In this document: positions 26,501 to 41,500 of the stretch, piece after piece
How positions within the stretch are numbered: position 1 is the stretch's first letter
Layout: each line of letters opens with the position of its first letter
From: Camelus ferus
Taxonomy: Eukaryota
Length of the DNA: 64,000 nt
Direction: 5' to 3'
NCBI RefSeq assembly: GCF_009834535.1
Contig: NC_045696.1
Span: forward strand, 70,558,001-70,622,000
The notes under the pieces: generated by a model
What the model saw: only the letters and a program-made list of their open reading frames with translations
What the model was told of the DNA's origin: nothing
The model's database searches: none
Translations under genes and position numbers: made by a program

Positions 26501-29500
26501 TACTATCTGTTCTTTTTTATGCTTCATTGAATTTAATATTTTTTAACATTCCATTTTGTTGCTACTATTGTAAAGTCATACTTTTTTTGGTGACTGCTCC
26601 AGTGTTTACAATATGCAGCTTTAACTCATCTCAGTCTACATTTTATAAAATTTTATTTTATTGAGTTATAGTCAGTTTACAATGTTGTCAATTTCTAGGG
26701 TAGAGCACAATTTTTCAGTTATACATGAACGTACATATATTCATTGTCACATTCTTTTTCCCCGTGAGCTACCACGAGATCTTGTATCTATTTCCCTGTG
26801 CTATACAGTATAAACTTGTTTATTTATTCTATATATACCTTTAAGTATCTACAAATTTCAAACTCCCAGTCTGTCCCTTCCCACCCACCTCCCCACTGAC
26901 AACCACAAGTTTGTACTCTACGTCTATGAGTCTGTTTCTGTTTTGTATTTATCTTCATTTGTCTTTTTCTTTTCTTTTCTTTAGATTCCACATATAAGCA
27001 ATATCATATGGTATTTTTCTTTCTCTTTCTGGCTTACTTCACTTAGAATGACATTCTCCAGGACATCCATGTTGCTGCAAATGGCATTATGTTATCATTT
27101 TTAATGGCTGAATAGTATTTCATTGTATAAATATACCACATCTTCTTTATCCAGTCATCTGACAATGGATATTTAGGCTCTTTCCATGTCTTGGCTATTG
27201 TAAATAGTGCTGCTATGAACACTGGGGTTCAGGTGTCTTTTTGAAGTAGGGTTCCTTCTGGATATATGCCTAGGAGTGGGATTACTGGGTCATATGTAAG
27301 TCTATTCCTAGCCTTCTGAGGAATCTCCATACTGTTTTCCACAATGGCTGCACCAAACTGCATTCCCATCAGCAGTGTAGGAGGGTTCCCTTTTCTCCAC
27401 ACCTCTCCAGCATATATCATTTGTGGACTTTTGAATGATGGCCATTCTGTCAGTCTACATTTAAATATTATACTATTCGATATATAATGTAATAATCTTA
27501 CAATGATATAGTTCTGTCCCCTACTCCCTACTGGCATATACTATTTTTGTTATACTATTATCTCTACTTACCATAAACAGTACATTATTTTTGTTTTAAA
27601 CATTCAACTGCTTTTTAAATTACAGCTTTGAAGTATAATTTATATACCACAAAATTTACTCATTAAGAGTGCAATAATTTTTAGTAAATATACTGTTGTT
27701 CAACCATCACCAAAATCCAGTTTCAGAACATTTCCACCATTCCACAAGGATCTCTTTTACCCATTTTCAGTCAATCCCCATTCCTACTCCCAGTCCCCAT
27801 TGTACTGTCTTTATAAACCTGTCTTTTCTGAAATTTCATATAAATAGAATCAAACAATATGTGGTCTTTCCATATGGCTTCTTTCACTTAACACAGTATT
27901 TCTGAGGTCTATCCATGTTGTAGCATGTGTCAATAGCTCATCTTTTTTACTGAGAAATAGCATTCTATTACATGGCTATGACACATTTTGTTTATCCATT
28001 TATCAATTGGTGGACATTTAGACTGTTTCGACCTTTTGGCTATTATGAATAATGCTGCTATAAACATTTGTGTACAAGTATTTGTGTGGACATATGTCTT
28101 TGCTTCTCTAGGGTAGCTACCTAGGAACAGTACTGCTCAGTCATATGGAATCTTTATGTTTAATATTTTGAGGAACTGCCAAAACATTTTCCACAGTGGC
28201 TGCACCATGTCCCACAAGCAATATATGAGAGTTCTAGTTTTCCCGCATCCTAATCTACAGTTGTTACTCCCTGTCTTTTTGATTACAGTCATCCTGGTGG
28301 GTATGAGTGGTATCTCACTGTGGTTTTTATTTGCATTTCCCTAATGATTGATGATCCTGAGCATCTTGTCATATGCTTATTGGCCATTTGTGTATCTTCT
28401 TTGGAGATTGCTGAAGATTGTTTCTGATGAGAAATCTGCTCTTACATTTATTATTGCTCCTCTGCATGTGAACTTTTTTCTTTGCCTCCTTTAATATTTT
28501 CCTCTTTCCAACTCATTGGATCAACCTATGTACGGTTTTCCTTATTTTACTTGTGTTTGTGTTCATTGAGCTTCTTGAAATTTGTGTTTATTGTTTTGGA
28601 AGTTTTTGACCATTATTTAACCTAACCTTTTTCTCTCCTCTTCTTCAGAGATTTCAACTACACATATATTAGGCTACTTGGTGCTGTCTCATAGGTTACT
28701 AACACTATTTTTTTTTTAATTACTTATTCTGTTTCATTTTGGATAGATTCTACTGCTGTACCTTCAAATTTTTTCCTGCAATATCTATACTCTGCTGTTA
28801 ATCCCATTCAGGGTATTTTTTATCTTAAGCACTGAAGATTTTATCTCTAGCAGTTAGATTTGCATCTTTTTTAATATCTCCAAGTCTCTACTTAACTTTT
28901 GGACATATGGACTATAGTTATAATAACTGTTATGTCCTTGGTCTGCTAATTCTAACATCTGTTTCAGGTCTATGTCAGTTTTGATTGATCTTTCTCATCG
29001 TAAGTTGTGGTTTTCTTCTTCTCTGCATGCCTAGGAATCTAGGCATGGCAGACATTGTGAATTTTACCTTGTTGAGTTCTGGAAATTACTGTATTCCTAT
29101 TAATATTTTTGCACTTTGTTCTGAAAGGTAGTTAAGTTACTTGGAAAGAGTTTGATCCTTCCTGACCTTGTTGTTAGTGGGGACCAGAGCAGTGTTTGTT
29201 CCTAATTACTCCAACTACTGAGGCAAGATGGCCCTGAGTACTCTGCCCAATGCCCAGTGAATCATGAAGTTTTCCATGTGGCTGGTGTAAACAAGCCAGT
29301 GTGAGCACTAGATATAGTTCCTTCTATATCTTTCAAATATTTCTTTCCCTGGCCTTGGGTAGTTCCCTCATATGCATCTGCTGATCAGATGTCTGCTGAA
29401 CACCCAAGGAGGACCCTTTGCATAGTGCTCTCCTCTCCAGTACTCTGTCCTGAAAACTTGACCCACCTTTGTCTTCCTGCAGTCTCAGCTCTGGCTCAAC

Positions 29501-32500
29501 TCATGGAGTCCTCCAGGCTCCAGGTGGATTCCTCCTCCTTGAGCCACAGACTAGAAACACTCCCAAGACAATCATAGGTCTCAGGTCACTTGTCTCCCAT
29601 TTTGTCAGGGATCACTGACCTTTATTGTCTGATACCCGGTATCTTGAAAACTATTGTTTCTTTTCTTTTCTTTTTTTTCTGATTTTTTTTTTTCTAGACA
29701 GGAGAATAAATCCAGTCCCCATTATTCAATCTTGGCTGAAAGTGCAAGTTTAAAGTTCACCAGTATTTTTAATAACCACTCAGACAAAAGAAAATATCTA
29801 AGTTTGGGACAATAAATATTCTTACTATAGTGAATTCCATTGCATTACCATTTCTTTTTCTGGATTTTCCTGGTTTCCAAATTCTGAAAATATATATGGA
29901 AGACCCTTTCATACATACTCCATGCTCTGAAGTTCTAATAACTTAGGGAGATTTGAGCAATGGCTACATATTATACTGCGGACAACTCATTAAATGTAAC
30001 AATCATTACTATTTTTTTTCCAAGAAATTACCCAGAGAAGCCTCAAAAGAATCTAAATTTCCTGCTTAAAGATTACTAGTTTAGGAAATATGAGACTGCA
30101 ATTCAAGGTAAATCAACTGTAAACCACTTATGTAAATTGCTAAAGGCTTTTATTGTCATTGCTTAAAATATAGTAAAATTAATACTAAGATCATAACTTT
30201 TGTGTCTTCCTTCTCTGCAGGCTCCTACATTTCATCTACTTCCTATTCCTAAAGAATCTTTCTTTCTCTCAAAGCCATCTTTGCCTTTTTAGTGACCACA
30301 GCCTCCATACCTGTTCAACCCTTTACCAAGCACTGAAATATTTCCAAAGCCTCACAGGCTACCTGTCTCCCTAGTCATTCATTCCTTAAGTCTATCAGGC
30401 TTGTTGCTACCACATTAAACTTTCTAAAATATTTTGTTTTTATTAAATTTCTTTCTCATAAATTTTCAATTTCATTTCATCATTTTGGTATAAAACTTCT
30501 TTGGTATTAAAATAGTCACATTTCTGGATAGAAGGTAACAGAAATTATTTCAGTTTTAGTTCACATTCCTGAAAACTTACACACTCACATCCACTTCACC
30601 CTAGTTAACGGCCCTTAAGGAAACACCTCAAGACATAAAGATAACTCCTCTGAGTTCCTATTTTTAAAGCATAACAACAACAAAATACCAAGTTTATCTA
30701 AGCAGTACCAAGATAATGGATTGCCCTTACCAGTGCCTGGCTCACATTTCCTCCAGTGGCTAGTGATTTGAAATGGCTGCTATTATAGACCAACTGAACT
30801 TCTGAGATCTCCACTGTCTCCAATTCCTCTTGAGTTTGCCGATCAATCACATGCAACTTCTCTACACTGTCCAAGAGCACAATTGTGCGTGAGTTTATCC
30901 ACTGTAATTCAAACACACAACACAAAAGTGAAGTCCATCCCACACCACCATCCAGGACAAGAAAGCTTGGTCCCTCAGTTAAATTACACTGAGGACCTTA
31001 TTCATTTAATTAATAACTTGATGACAACACATTTACAGCAAGAACTACTCAGGGACAGCCCAGAGAACAGCAGGTGCACAGCACAGTATTGAGTTTTGAT
31101 GGTATTAAAATGACTCATAATGTAAAAGGTTAACAGCTCTAATAAATATTATGGGATATATTGTTTTTTAATAAAAAATTTTAAAAGGTACACTGGCACA
31201 ATGACACTTAAGCAAAGTGACCAAGTTTACATTTCTAGTGTTTCTGACATTGTAATCAATCAATAGGGCAAATGAAACCTTGTAAACCTAGCTGGCCAAT
31301 GATTGCTAGCATTTAAGCAACATACATTTTAAAATAGAATCTATTTAAAATACGTATTTCCTTCAAAACATATCTACAAGTTATGGGAGAGTTCTTTGCT
31401 TTCTATTTCTCTATATATTCTGAATTTTCTTTAGTAAGTACTATTACAGTTTTAAAAGTAATAACTTAATAATATTAAAAATCTTCTGAAGGATACCATT
31501 TTGATAAATTTCTTGGGTTATGTATAAGATTTCTATTTTCAAAATATTTTTTTGAAAAATCTCAATTTCTCCCCAAGAAATAAATGAAGCCTTAAAATCT
31601 CAATTAGAATTCAAAATTAAACAGAACAAAGTGCTTCCCCTGCACTTTCTCTCTCTGGTATTCATTTTGATTTATTTATATGATCTATTCCCATGTTATA
31701 AGAAATTACTTGCATAATACCATATCAAAGGCAATCAAGTTCAAAATGATCAATTCTCTTTTAATTATGCTGAATATATACTTTATACTGTGTAGTGAGT
31801 GGCTGCTCTAAGGGAAGGGCTTGGTTTGGTTTTCAAAAACAATTCTCAGAAAACAGAGAGTTTGACATTCAAACAATCTACAAAGAGCTTTTTTTAAGAT
31901 GCTCTCTTGATTACTTTAAGAAACAAAGTGTCATTTGGGATAGACATTATTTAGCCTTATACAACCTTAGTCAAGTGCTAGTTTTTAGATACTTTCAGAG
32001 GGCACCTGGTTAAAAGAGAAAGAATGATAAAAATGTTAGCAGGTTTAGCAATTATAGAGATTAGACCCTCACAATTCTAAGTGCTGATGTGTTGTAAACA
32101 AGCCTTTTAAAGGGAATTAACAAAGCAATGCAGTTAGTGTCCACATCATGGATAACATACAAGACAAATGAAAAACACCGAATATCCTACTGTCAGGAGA
32201 ATGGCTACTTGCGGTTGGGAAAAATTTTTCCAGGGACAGAACCATATGCAGATTTTTAAAGTGCTGCATCTCAAACATCTTAAATGGAAGCGATGATGAA
32301 TTCTAAAAAACTATGTTAGATGATTCAATGACAAGTTCTGGTGATGTTATATACATATTGGAAGAGGCTGAACAAAATAATTTCATGAAATGTGTATGAA
32401 AAAAGTATTATAAATCAATAGTCTGTATATGAGATTAAAAGGCAATGTGCAACTAAATTAATAAATCATCTATTATAAAAGTTGATACAAAAAGAAATAA

Positions 32501-35500
32501 TCTTTTTTTTTAATCAAAAAGTTGCTCAGGACTGAGACGCATGGTAGAGAATTCTGCAAAGTTTTTAGCCACAAGAAAAGAATAATTCCTGAACCAGTAA
32601 GGGCAAGCTTAGAAGTACAAAAATGTGTTTACAAAGAAAGCCTGGCAATGATCCTGAAGAAATGATTCTAATCTCCCCTTTGAGTTAATCAGAATATTAA
32701 AAAAAAATCTTTTGCTGATCCTGCCAGTGTTCAGCAGGATTTAAGGTTGAAAGACAATAAAAATAATGTGGCATCACACCAAGCTCAGCCTTTATTCAAT
32801 ATGAACGGGACCTCACTGCTGTCATTTTATAGACTCTCAAAGGTCATGGTTCACAGCAAAAATCCCTAACACAGCATGGACTCAAAACAATTACATAAAA
32901 TAAATGAGGATATTTCATTTCAATTATACTCACAGTAAAGTTGATGAGGTCATAGTACAGGTGAAGATGCTTTTGCTTAGTAACATGTATTGCTCCAGAT
33001 TCGTCTCTCTTAACCTGGTAATGAAATAAAAACAATCCAAATATCAGCTATCGTTTGAGACTTTGCCCTTGACTAGATGACTAGTCTTTCATTTAGTCAA
33101 TCCACCTAGAAAATGATTTTCATACATAGATAAGACAAAAATATTGATAATTAAAGAAACTATTATACAAATGAAAAAAATCATTCTCACCGCGATCTGT
33201 ACCAAAATCCAAGATGTGCCTGATCAGGGGTCTGCTTGTCAGTTTAAGCAGACCTCATTTTATCGCACTTCACTGCACTTTGCAGATACTACTTGTGTTC
33301 ACAAATCGAAGGTTTGTGGCAATCCTGTGTTGATCAAATCATTCAGCACCATTTTTCCAACAGCATTTGCTCACTTCATGTCTCTGTGTCACATTTTGGT
33401 AATTCTTGCCACAGTTCAAACTTTTTATTATTATTATATTAGTGATGGTGATCTGTTTTCAGGGATCTTTGATGTTCCTATCATAAAACTGGCATTTTTT
33501 TAAGCAATAAAGCATTTTTAAGAGAAGGTATGTACTTTTTTTTTTTTTTAGAGATAATGCTATGGAACACTTAATAGACTACAGCATAATGTAAACATAA
33601 CTTTTATATGCACTGGGAAGCCAAATAATTTGTATGACTCACTTTATTGCAAAATTTGTGCTTTATTGCAGTGGTCTGGAATTGAACCCACAGTACCTCT
33701 GAAGTATGTCTGTACTGGCAAATGCTGTAATGTAACATTCATTCTGTCATAATTCAGAATAACCTAACTCATCACATCAATGACTGTATTTAGCTAGAGT
33801 TAAAGCATAAAATGGGACTGGTGACAAGTTGTGAAAAAGTCAAACAAAAGTTCATTGAAAGAGAAAACACTGCTGCAGTGACAAAACGAGACTTTTCTAA
33901 AGTATGACATTATTACAGCTCAAACAGCCCCAAATCTCCCCCCAAAAAACTCAAGTGTCAATATTTTACTTATATATGCATATACATAAATATACACTCT
34001 GTAACCTTCAATCAGCCTTATAATTTGCTCTCTCACCTTCTGTTCCAAGGTGACAGAGCACTGAAGAAGAGAGACACACAGCACAATGACCTGCCTGAAA
34101 TTCAGGACATTCAATTCAACCTGGGTTTTCTTGCATACCCCTCACAGTAATGTCCTTGACGTCTTCCTTTCCTTTTAAGTCTCAATTCCTCTTTGCCTTC
34201 TAGTCCTGTCACTTGCAGTGTTGACCTCACCAGATATCTTAACAACTGACATCACTGATGTGAACCCTCCGTGTATTCCATCTTCAGTTCCTAAGTCACT
34301 TTCTCCGTAAGAAAGGATGCTCTGGTAAAAGGAACATGGGATCTAAAGCCATGTGTTTAAGAGTAAGTTCTGCTAACATACCTGTCACCAAGGGCAAATC
34401 ACTTATTCTTTCAGTTTCCTCATTTGTAAAATGAAAACAAGACAGCACCAAATTATTCTTATCTTGTATATGTTGAAAGTGCTTCATAAACAAGATCAAT
34501 GGCAACATTAATTATTCTAAGATTTGCTAAAGAAAAGCACTTCACCTGTACACACTCTAACTTCTACTCCCTCCATCGCTGTTTAATATACCCCCTCCCT
34601 TGCTACCACATTCAATCACTCCTTTGAAACGGTGTTTTCCCTCTTGCTATCAAACATGTCTCTGACTTTCCCACCTTCAAAACAAAACAAAAAACTTTCT
34701 TTGATTTACTTCTTCCAGAAAGTTATCCATTCTCTTTCCTCTTACAACCAAACACTGTACTATGATTGTGAGTCATCTTCTAGACACCCATTTCTTTAAC
34801 AAGGCTCTACAATCCAGCTTCCACCTCAATTCTGCTGATAATCCCAGCCCTCTGAAAAGCTTCTAAAGAACTACTTCTTGCACATCCTTTGGCCTTATCT
34901 TCAGTCTTCTTCCTTGATCTGTCTTTGGTATTGGTATTACCCTGGAATTGATAATGTTCTGAAGCCTCTCTTTCTTGGTCTTCTGTGCAATGCCATACTG
35001 TCATATTTCCCCCTCCTACCTCTATGTGCCTTTATAGGAACCTCTTTTCCTACTATCTTTTCTTTTTCCTTTCCCTTTCATGAGCATCCACCAAGGTTGT
35101 TTATGCTCAAGCTTTTGATTTTCACAGCTTCAACTACCTTCTTCTGTATCCTGGAATTCTCATTTGCACCCCAGACCTACACTGCCATCTACCCAGAGAA
35201 CACTCCCCAATACAACACTTGAGAGTCCCACCTTCACTTCCAACTCAATACATTCAATTCTTCCCTAACCTAATTCTTCGAATACTTCATGCTTCTAAAA
35301 TGCAAAGCCAGAAATGCAATGTTTTGTTCATGTCCTTCATTCCCCAGATCTGGTAAGAAGAGAAGCCTTGTCTTTCCTTCAAAATGCCACCCCTAAATCT
35401 CACTGCAACCAACCATCCTTATCTGCAGCCCTCACACTTGCTTTATTATAAGAGCAAAACCTTCTATTTCCCTGCAACTTACTATATAATCTGTTCTTTT

Positions 35501-38500
35501 GCTATTTCTACAGTAATCTTCTTAAAATGTCACTTTAATCACATCACTTTAATTACCTAAGAACCTGTGATGGTTCCCCATTACCAATCTAGGATAATTA
35601 TTATACAATCTCGATTAGAGGTCGGCAAACTTTTCCTGTGAAAGGCCATACAGTAAGCATTTTAGGTTCTGCAGACCATACAATCTCTGTCACAACTATT
35701 CAACTCTACCACTGCAGTGAGAAAGCAGCTGTAAATAACACATAACTGAATGGGCATGACTGTCTTCCAATAAAACTTTATTTACAAAAACAGGCAGCCA
35801 GCCAGATTTGGCCCATGGGCCATAGTTTGCCAACCCCTAATCTAGATCCATGCCATATATTCAGCTTTATACTCCGTAGTAAGTTTCTCCCTGTCACCAA
35901 TTCTATGAACATTTATTAGGCACCGACAATATACAAGCACTGTCCAAGTGGCTGGAATACAGCAATAGATCTGGTCTTTAGATTTACAGAGCTTTCAGTC
36001 TAGTGAGGAAGAAAAAATTAGATAACCCACTTAAAAAGGGCTGAATGTTATCAAAGGAGAAGGTCGTACAGGGTCTGTAGCAGGAAAGGCTAAATGAGGT
36101 CATGAGGTCAGGGAACGTGATGCTCAGCACGTGCTAGGATGACATGGAAGAGAGCACAGAGCTTTCCTGGCAGAGGTGTTGGCATATGTGAAGACATCAA
36201 GGCCAAAGACTAGCCAGGAAGCTACTCCAGAGCCCAGGCCAAAAATGTCAGTGGTTTAGGCTTGGGAAGAGCAACAGGGGAGACAAAAAGGTTGTAAATT
36301 CAGGAGATTCTGGAGACAGAATCAACAGGATGTGGTGATGAAGCAGAAATGAAGGGAGAATGCAACTGATAGAATGCAATTTCTAGATTTCTGGCTGGAG
36401 AAACCAGATGGACAGCCGTGCCCTAGCTTCACCAAGCTAGGAAACCCAATAAGAGACTACACAGGCACATTCTTACCTCTGTAACTTCAGTTCATCTTAT
36501 TTCCCCCAACCTACATATCCACCTCTCCTGTAGCATTTGCCGTATATCCTTCATAAAGTCTTCCATGGCCTCTCTAATCCATAGAAATCTCTTCATACTC
36601 TAAACTTATATCAATTTTTAAATTCCCATCACACAGTTGAATCCTTAAACTGTTCTCCTGTGTCATAATAAATTGATTGGTTTTGCCTTTCAAACAATAT
36701 TTTAAGCTACATGAAAGAAGAAATTTAGTTTTACTTACTTCAATTGTATCCATCACAGCGTGGAGAACACAGCAGGCACACAATGACACCTACTGCCTAA
36801 TAAGTACACTATATATAGACAGGTAAGCCATTAACACAGACCCATGTACATTCATCTATTTATACAGACACTTAAACCATCAATTATTCATTAGTCAAAG
36901 AAAATGAAACTGAGAAATACTCCATGGAGAGGCATGGAGCTGAGGGTGATCAGCTGTTTTCCATGTTAACCACTAAAGCCTCAAATAAAAATTAAATAGG
37001 TCACTCTCTCTCCAAAGAATTATGTTTATTATGCATGTTTCTTTGACACAATATTAAATTACTGATGAATCAGAAAAATAATCTAATGATAAAGGACTTT
37101 ATAACAGATACAGCATCATTTTAGGACTCACCAACAGAAAATGAACTACATCTCCTCTGCAGAAGGCAAGCATGGGATTCACGTAATTATGCACTGCCAC
37201 AAAGTGCCAGGCCAGCAGTGGAACACTGGAAGGATCCATCTAATCGAGAAGAAAAAAAAGTCATCACAGTAAATAGTCAGAAAAGCAAAGAGAAAATTCC
37301 AGTTAAAAACAGCATCTGACTAGCATTCCTTAAACTTCTCCTGATTTCTCATTAAAATTCCAACAGAGCAGGGACTGACTGGGAAGTGTCATGAGGGATC
37401 TTTCTTGTGTTGATGGTAATGTTCTACATCTTGACAGAGGTTTGGATTACAAAAGTATATACATTTTTCAAAGTTCAGCAAATGTACACTCAAGATCTGT
37501 ATGTTTCATGTATGTACATTTTACACCAAAGGAAAAACATCAATAAGCACTGAACTCTAGTTAATTGTATGCATGTCAAATATTTAGGAAAAAGGCCATT
37601 GATTTCTGCAATTTACTTGGAAATACATTTTTTAAAAAAAACCATAATTTATTCAATGGAATATTACTCAGTCATAAAAAAGAATGGAATATTGTCATTT
37701 GCAGCAACATGGATGGACCCAAGGATTATCACACTGAGTGAGTCAGAAAGAGAAAGACAAATACTGTATATCACTTACATGTGGAATCTAAAAAATAATA
37801 AAAATGAACTTATTTACAAAACAGAAATAGACTCATAGACACAGAAAATAAACTTTTGGTTACCAAATGGGAAAGAGGGTGGGGAGTATGAGATTTAGAT
37901 ACACACCACTATATATCAAACAGATAAAACAATAAGGATTTACAGCACAGGGAAATATATTCAGTATCTTGTAATAAACTATATTGGAAAAGAACCAGAA
38001 AAAATATGTATGTATAACTGAGTCACTTTGCTGTATACCTGAAACACAATATTATAAATCAACTATACGTCAATTAAAAAAACACATAATCTGATGAGTG
38101 GATGGAGATGGATAGGTATATAATAAAGGACAGTCAAATGCTAATGATAGAATTTTACAATAATAGGTATATAGATGTTCAATGTGAAATTCTTTCAACT
38201 TCTCTATTTGTTTGAAAATGTTCATAATACAATGTTGGGGGAAAATACCAATAAAAACATACCAAAAGATGCAAACACATACCACCACGATAAATCTCAA
38301 TTAGCCAATGAAGCTCACCTAAGAACCATTAATGGCAATCTAAGCCAGCTTTGCCATCTGAAAGGCAGATCTGCTTCCCCTGGGGCCCAGAAATGCACAT
38401 TATACCAACAAGTAAACAGAAGAGTGGTCTTCCCTCAGAATATGAAAAGAAAATGTAAGTATGTATATGTATGTATGACTGAAACATTATGCTGTACACC

Positions 38501-41500
38501 AGAAATTGACACAATGTTGTAAACCGACTATACTTCAATTAAAAAAAAACATAATATGTTCTGAGAAGTATCATCCCCCAGAGTAAAATATCAGAGGCAG
38601 AAGAAGCCAAGGAAAGAACAGGTAGTAGCAATTTTTGCTGGCTATTAAGGTGGGGTGTTCTCTATCAGTAGTTCAGTGTCAAAGCTGCAGCTATTTATGG
38701 AAGAACTTTAAGGAATAAAGATAGGAAAGTACAGATCTCATGATCCCCAGGACACTGCTCGAGCCACCTGCTCATGCTGTTCTGACCACATCAAGGTAAG
38801 CAGGCACACATCTCTGCCACGCTGACTTCCACTCCACCTAGTTTTCTGACAACGTCACAGAATTCACCACTTGCAAGTCATTTTCCCCAACCTCCTGACA
38901 TGATCTTTTTGCCCATAAAATGGAGACGTTTACTCACCCGTCCATAAGGAAAAGTCATCCACACTTTCAAGGATGGCTTCAATCCAATGACCAGTATCTT
39001 TAGGAGAAAAATACATTTTTAATATGTACCCTGCAATTTTCAAACTTTGGGTATTCAAAGCCTCTAAAAGGTGTGAGTTTTATCTTCTAAATACACCTAC
39101 CTTTGTTAAGGATGCCATGGCCAATAAGGAAAACTGTGTGATGGGATGATCTTTCAACTCAGGCTTAGAATGGAGAGGCTCAATACAGCAAACTTCGCCC
39201 TTAGAACCACTGAAGAGGCACCTAGATTCACATGTTCTCACTCCCATCACTCTCCTGAAAATGTAACCGAACACTTCAGAATCCATTTAGCAATAATCCA
39301 AGGCACCAAATCTCTAGAGTGGACTACTACAGCCTCCCAACTCCTGCTCCTGCCCCCAGCAATCCAAACTCCACATGACATCAGCATGTTATTTTTAACC
39401 TATGGGTCAGATTTCTCACTCTTCTCCTAAAAACACCCCAATGGCTTGCTACTATACATAAAAATAAAATCCAAACTCTTTACCATGTTCAAAAGGTCCT
39501 ATAAGATCTGGCTCCTGCCTTCACTCCTCTCCCACTTTTGTTGCTCCTGACAAACTCATGTTCCAGCCACACCTGCCTTCTCTCCATTGCCCAAATGGGC
39601 CGAGTTGTGCCCACCTCAAAGCCTCTATGTTTGAACGGGTTCCTCTGCCTAGAACACTTCTTGCAGATCTTTGCATTTATTGACTAGATTGTCATTCAGG
39701 TCTCTCCCCTGAATTGTCCTGAAGTGCACTCCTGTGCACTGAGCTGTCTTATTTTCTTCATAGCGCTCATAGCTATCTGAAGTTATTGCAGTTATGTGTT
39801 AGTTTATTGTCTGTCTCCCTACTCCAATCCCAACCAGAATGTAAGTTCTATTAGAGTAACAGCCTTGTCCGGTTCACAGCTGTAAGTCTGATCTCTAGAA
39901 CAATCCCCAAATGTAGGAGATGCTCAGCTAATAAACATTAGCTGAATACGTGAATAGTATTTTTTAAGCAATTATTTCTCAGCCTTGTTAGAAAATATGA
40001 GAGATACAAGAAACATAGTCCTTACTTGGAAGAACTTAAAGAAACATAATACACATTGAATTTACATTCTACTCTTTTTTAAAGTCAGCTTTATAATGTT
40101 CTTCCATGTATCTAAACTGCCTTTGCTCTTACTTACAGAGTAAACAGGGCAATTTCAAAGCAATAAAAACCTTTCCATACCTTGACATTATGATTATAAT
40201 CAACTGGGCTTGGGCCTAAACCAAAATTAGTGAGATACTCATGGTTCCCAAGCATGACAGAAATTATGAAACCTCTGGGGAACAGGAGTCTGGACTACCA
40301 ACTCACACCTACTGAAACAGAATTCTAGGGGGCCGGGCCTGGAACTCCGTATGTTCTATATGCCTCCCCAGGTAAGTGTAATACATGGCCACAACCTATT
40401 TTCAATCACATGGGTTTTCCAGATCTCTTCATATTCAACTTCAAGTCATTAAACAAAAGCTAATCTCTTCATTTATCTACATATGTCTATTAGTCTCTTA
40501 CTTAAATGTCAATTCAAAAACAGAGCCTCCGCTGTCGTTGCAAATTGCAAGAGTTGGATCATCTGTAAACTAAACAGAGAAGGTATTTATTTTCTTACAG
40601 ATTTTTAAACAACCAGTCAAGTGTTAAAAAGGTAAGAAGAAAATTCACAAATTTTCAAAAATCTAAGACAAATACATTTAAAAGCATTTGAAATCACCTA
40701 AATTAGATTTAGCTCATCACTCTCAATATACAAACTTGCCCATATTCAGAATAAAAACGGCTCAGTATCTTTAAAAAACTGAGGCTTTAAAAAAGCAAAA
40801 TCACCTTTCCTCAGGATAAAAGAAAAGTACAAACTCTGATTCATAAAATCCCCAAAGTTCTCTACTTAGGTTCTTACATTAACTTTTTCTAACTTGCTAC
40901 TAAACTGAATGGAATACTTTGGTTACATCTGCAGTTGCCTAGTTTTCAAGAATGAAGACACAGTAAGATATTCAGTATCTTTGGGACATAAACTTGTCTG
41001 AATGTGTTTTCTGAATAACTAGAGTTAATCCACTATATTTAAAATAGTTTAACTTTTTATGTAACTCTTCCTAAAATGTGCTGCCTCCTTGATGTTCTTC
41101 AACACAATATACTTTAGTTACTATTATTTACCCCCAAAAATCAGCAAATGTTCACAATGACAGACTGACCTAAGGGCTTATGAAGTATGGTACAGAATGT
41201 TGTAGGATGCAAAACTGGGTAACTTGATTTGTACCACTTACAGAGACTAGTCTCCCTACCCTCAAAGATTTGTGAACCATCCTAAATGACATGCCTTTGT
41301 GCTCTTCAGGGATGCTGAGGTACAGGAGGCTACTATAAGATTATTCTTCCTCAACCCCACACACAGGCAAAGTCCCACACCTTTGCTCTCAAGGCCGAGC
41401 TGAGCAGTTGCAAAGTGGGAAGCACAGACCCCTAGGAGTGTAGGGAAAATAAGAGCACTCGTGATTTTATTTATTAATTTTCTGCTTCTTGTGTATGTGT

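Larger units (their letters stand above)
24870..29750 (-). mobile_element. Old LINE-1 (5'UTR/ORF1/ORF2 remnants) containing two nested L1 3' ends
   Basis: T-rich plus strand with L1 antisense motifs (CTAGTGAAGCTATCTGAGCCTGG; GTTTCTGATGAGAAATCTGCT). Confidence 0.8.
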
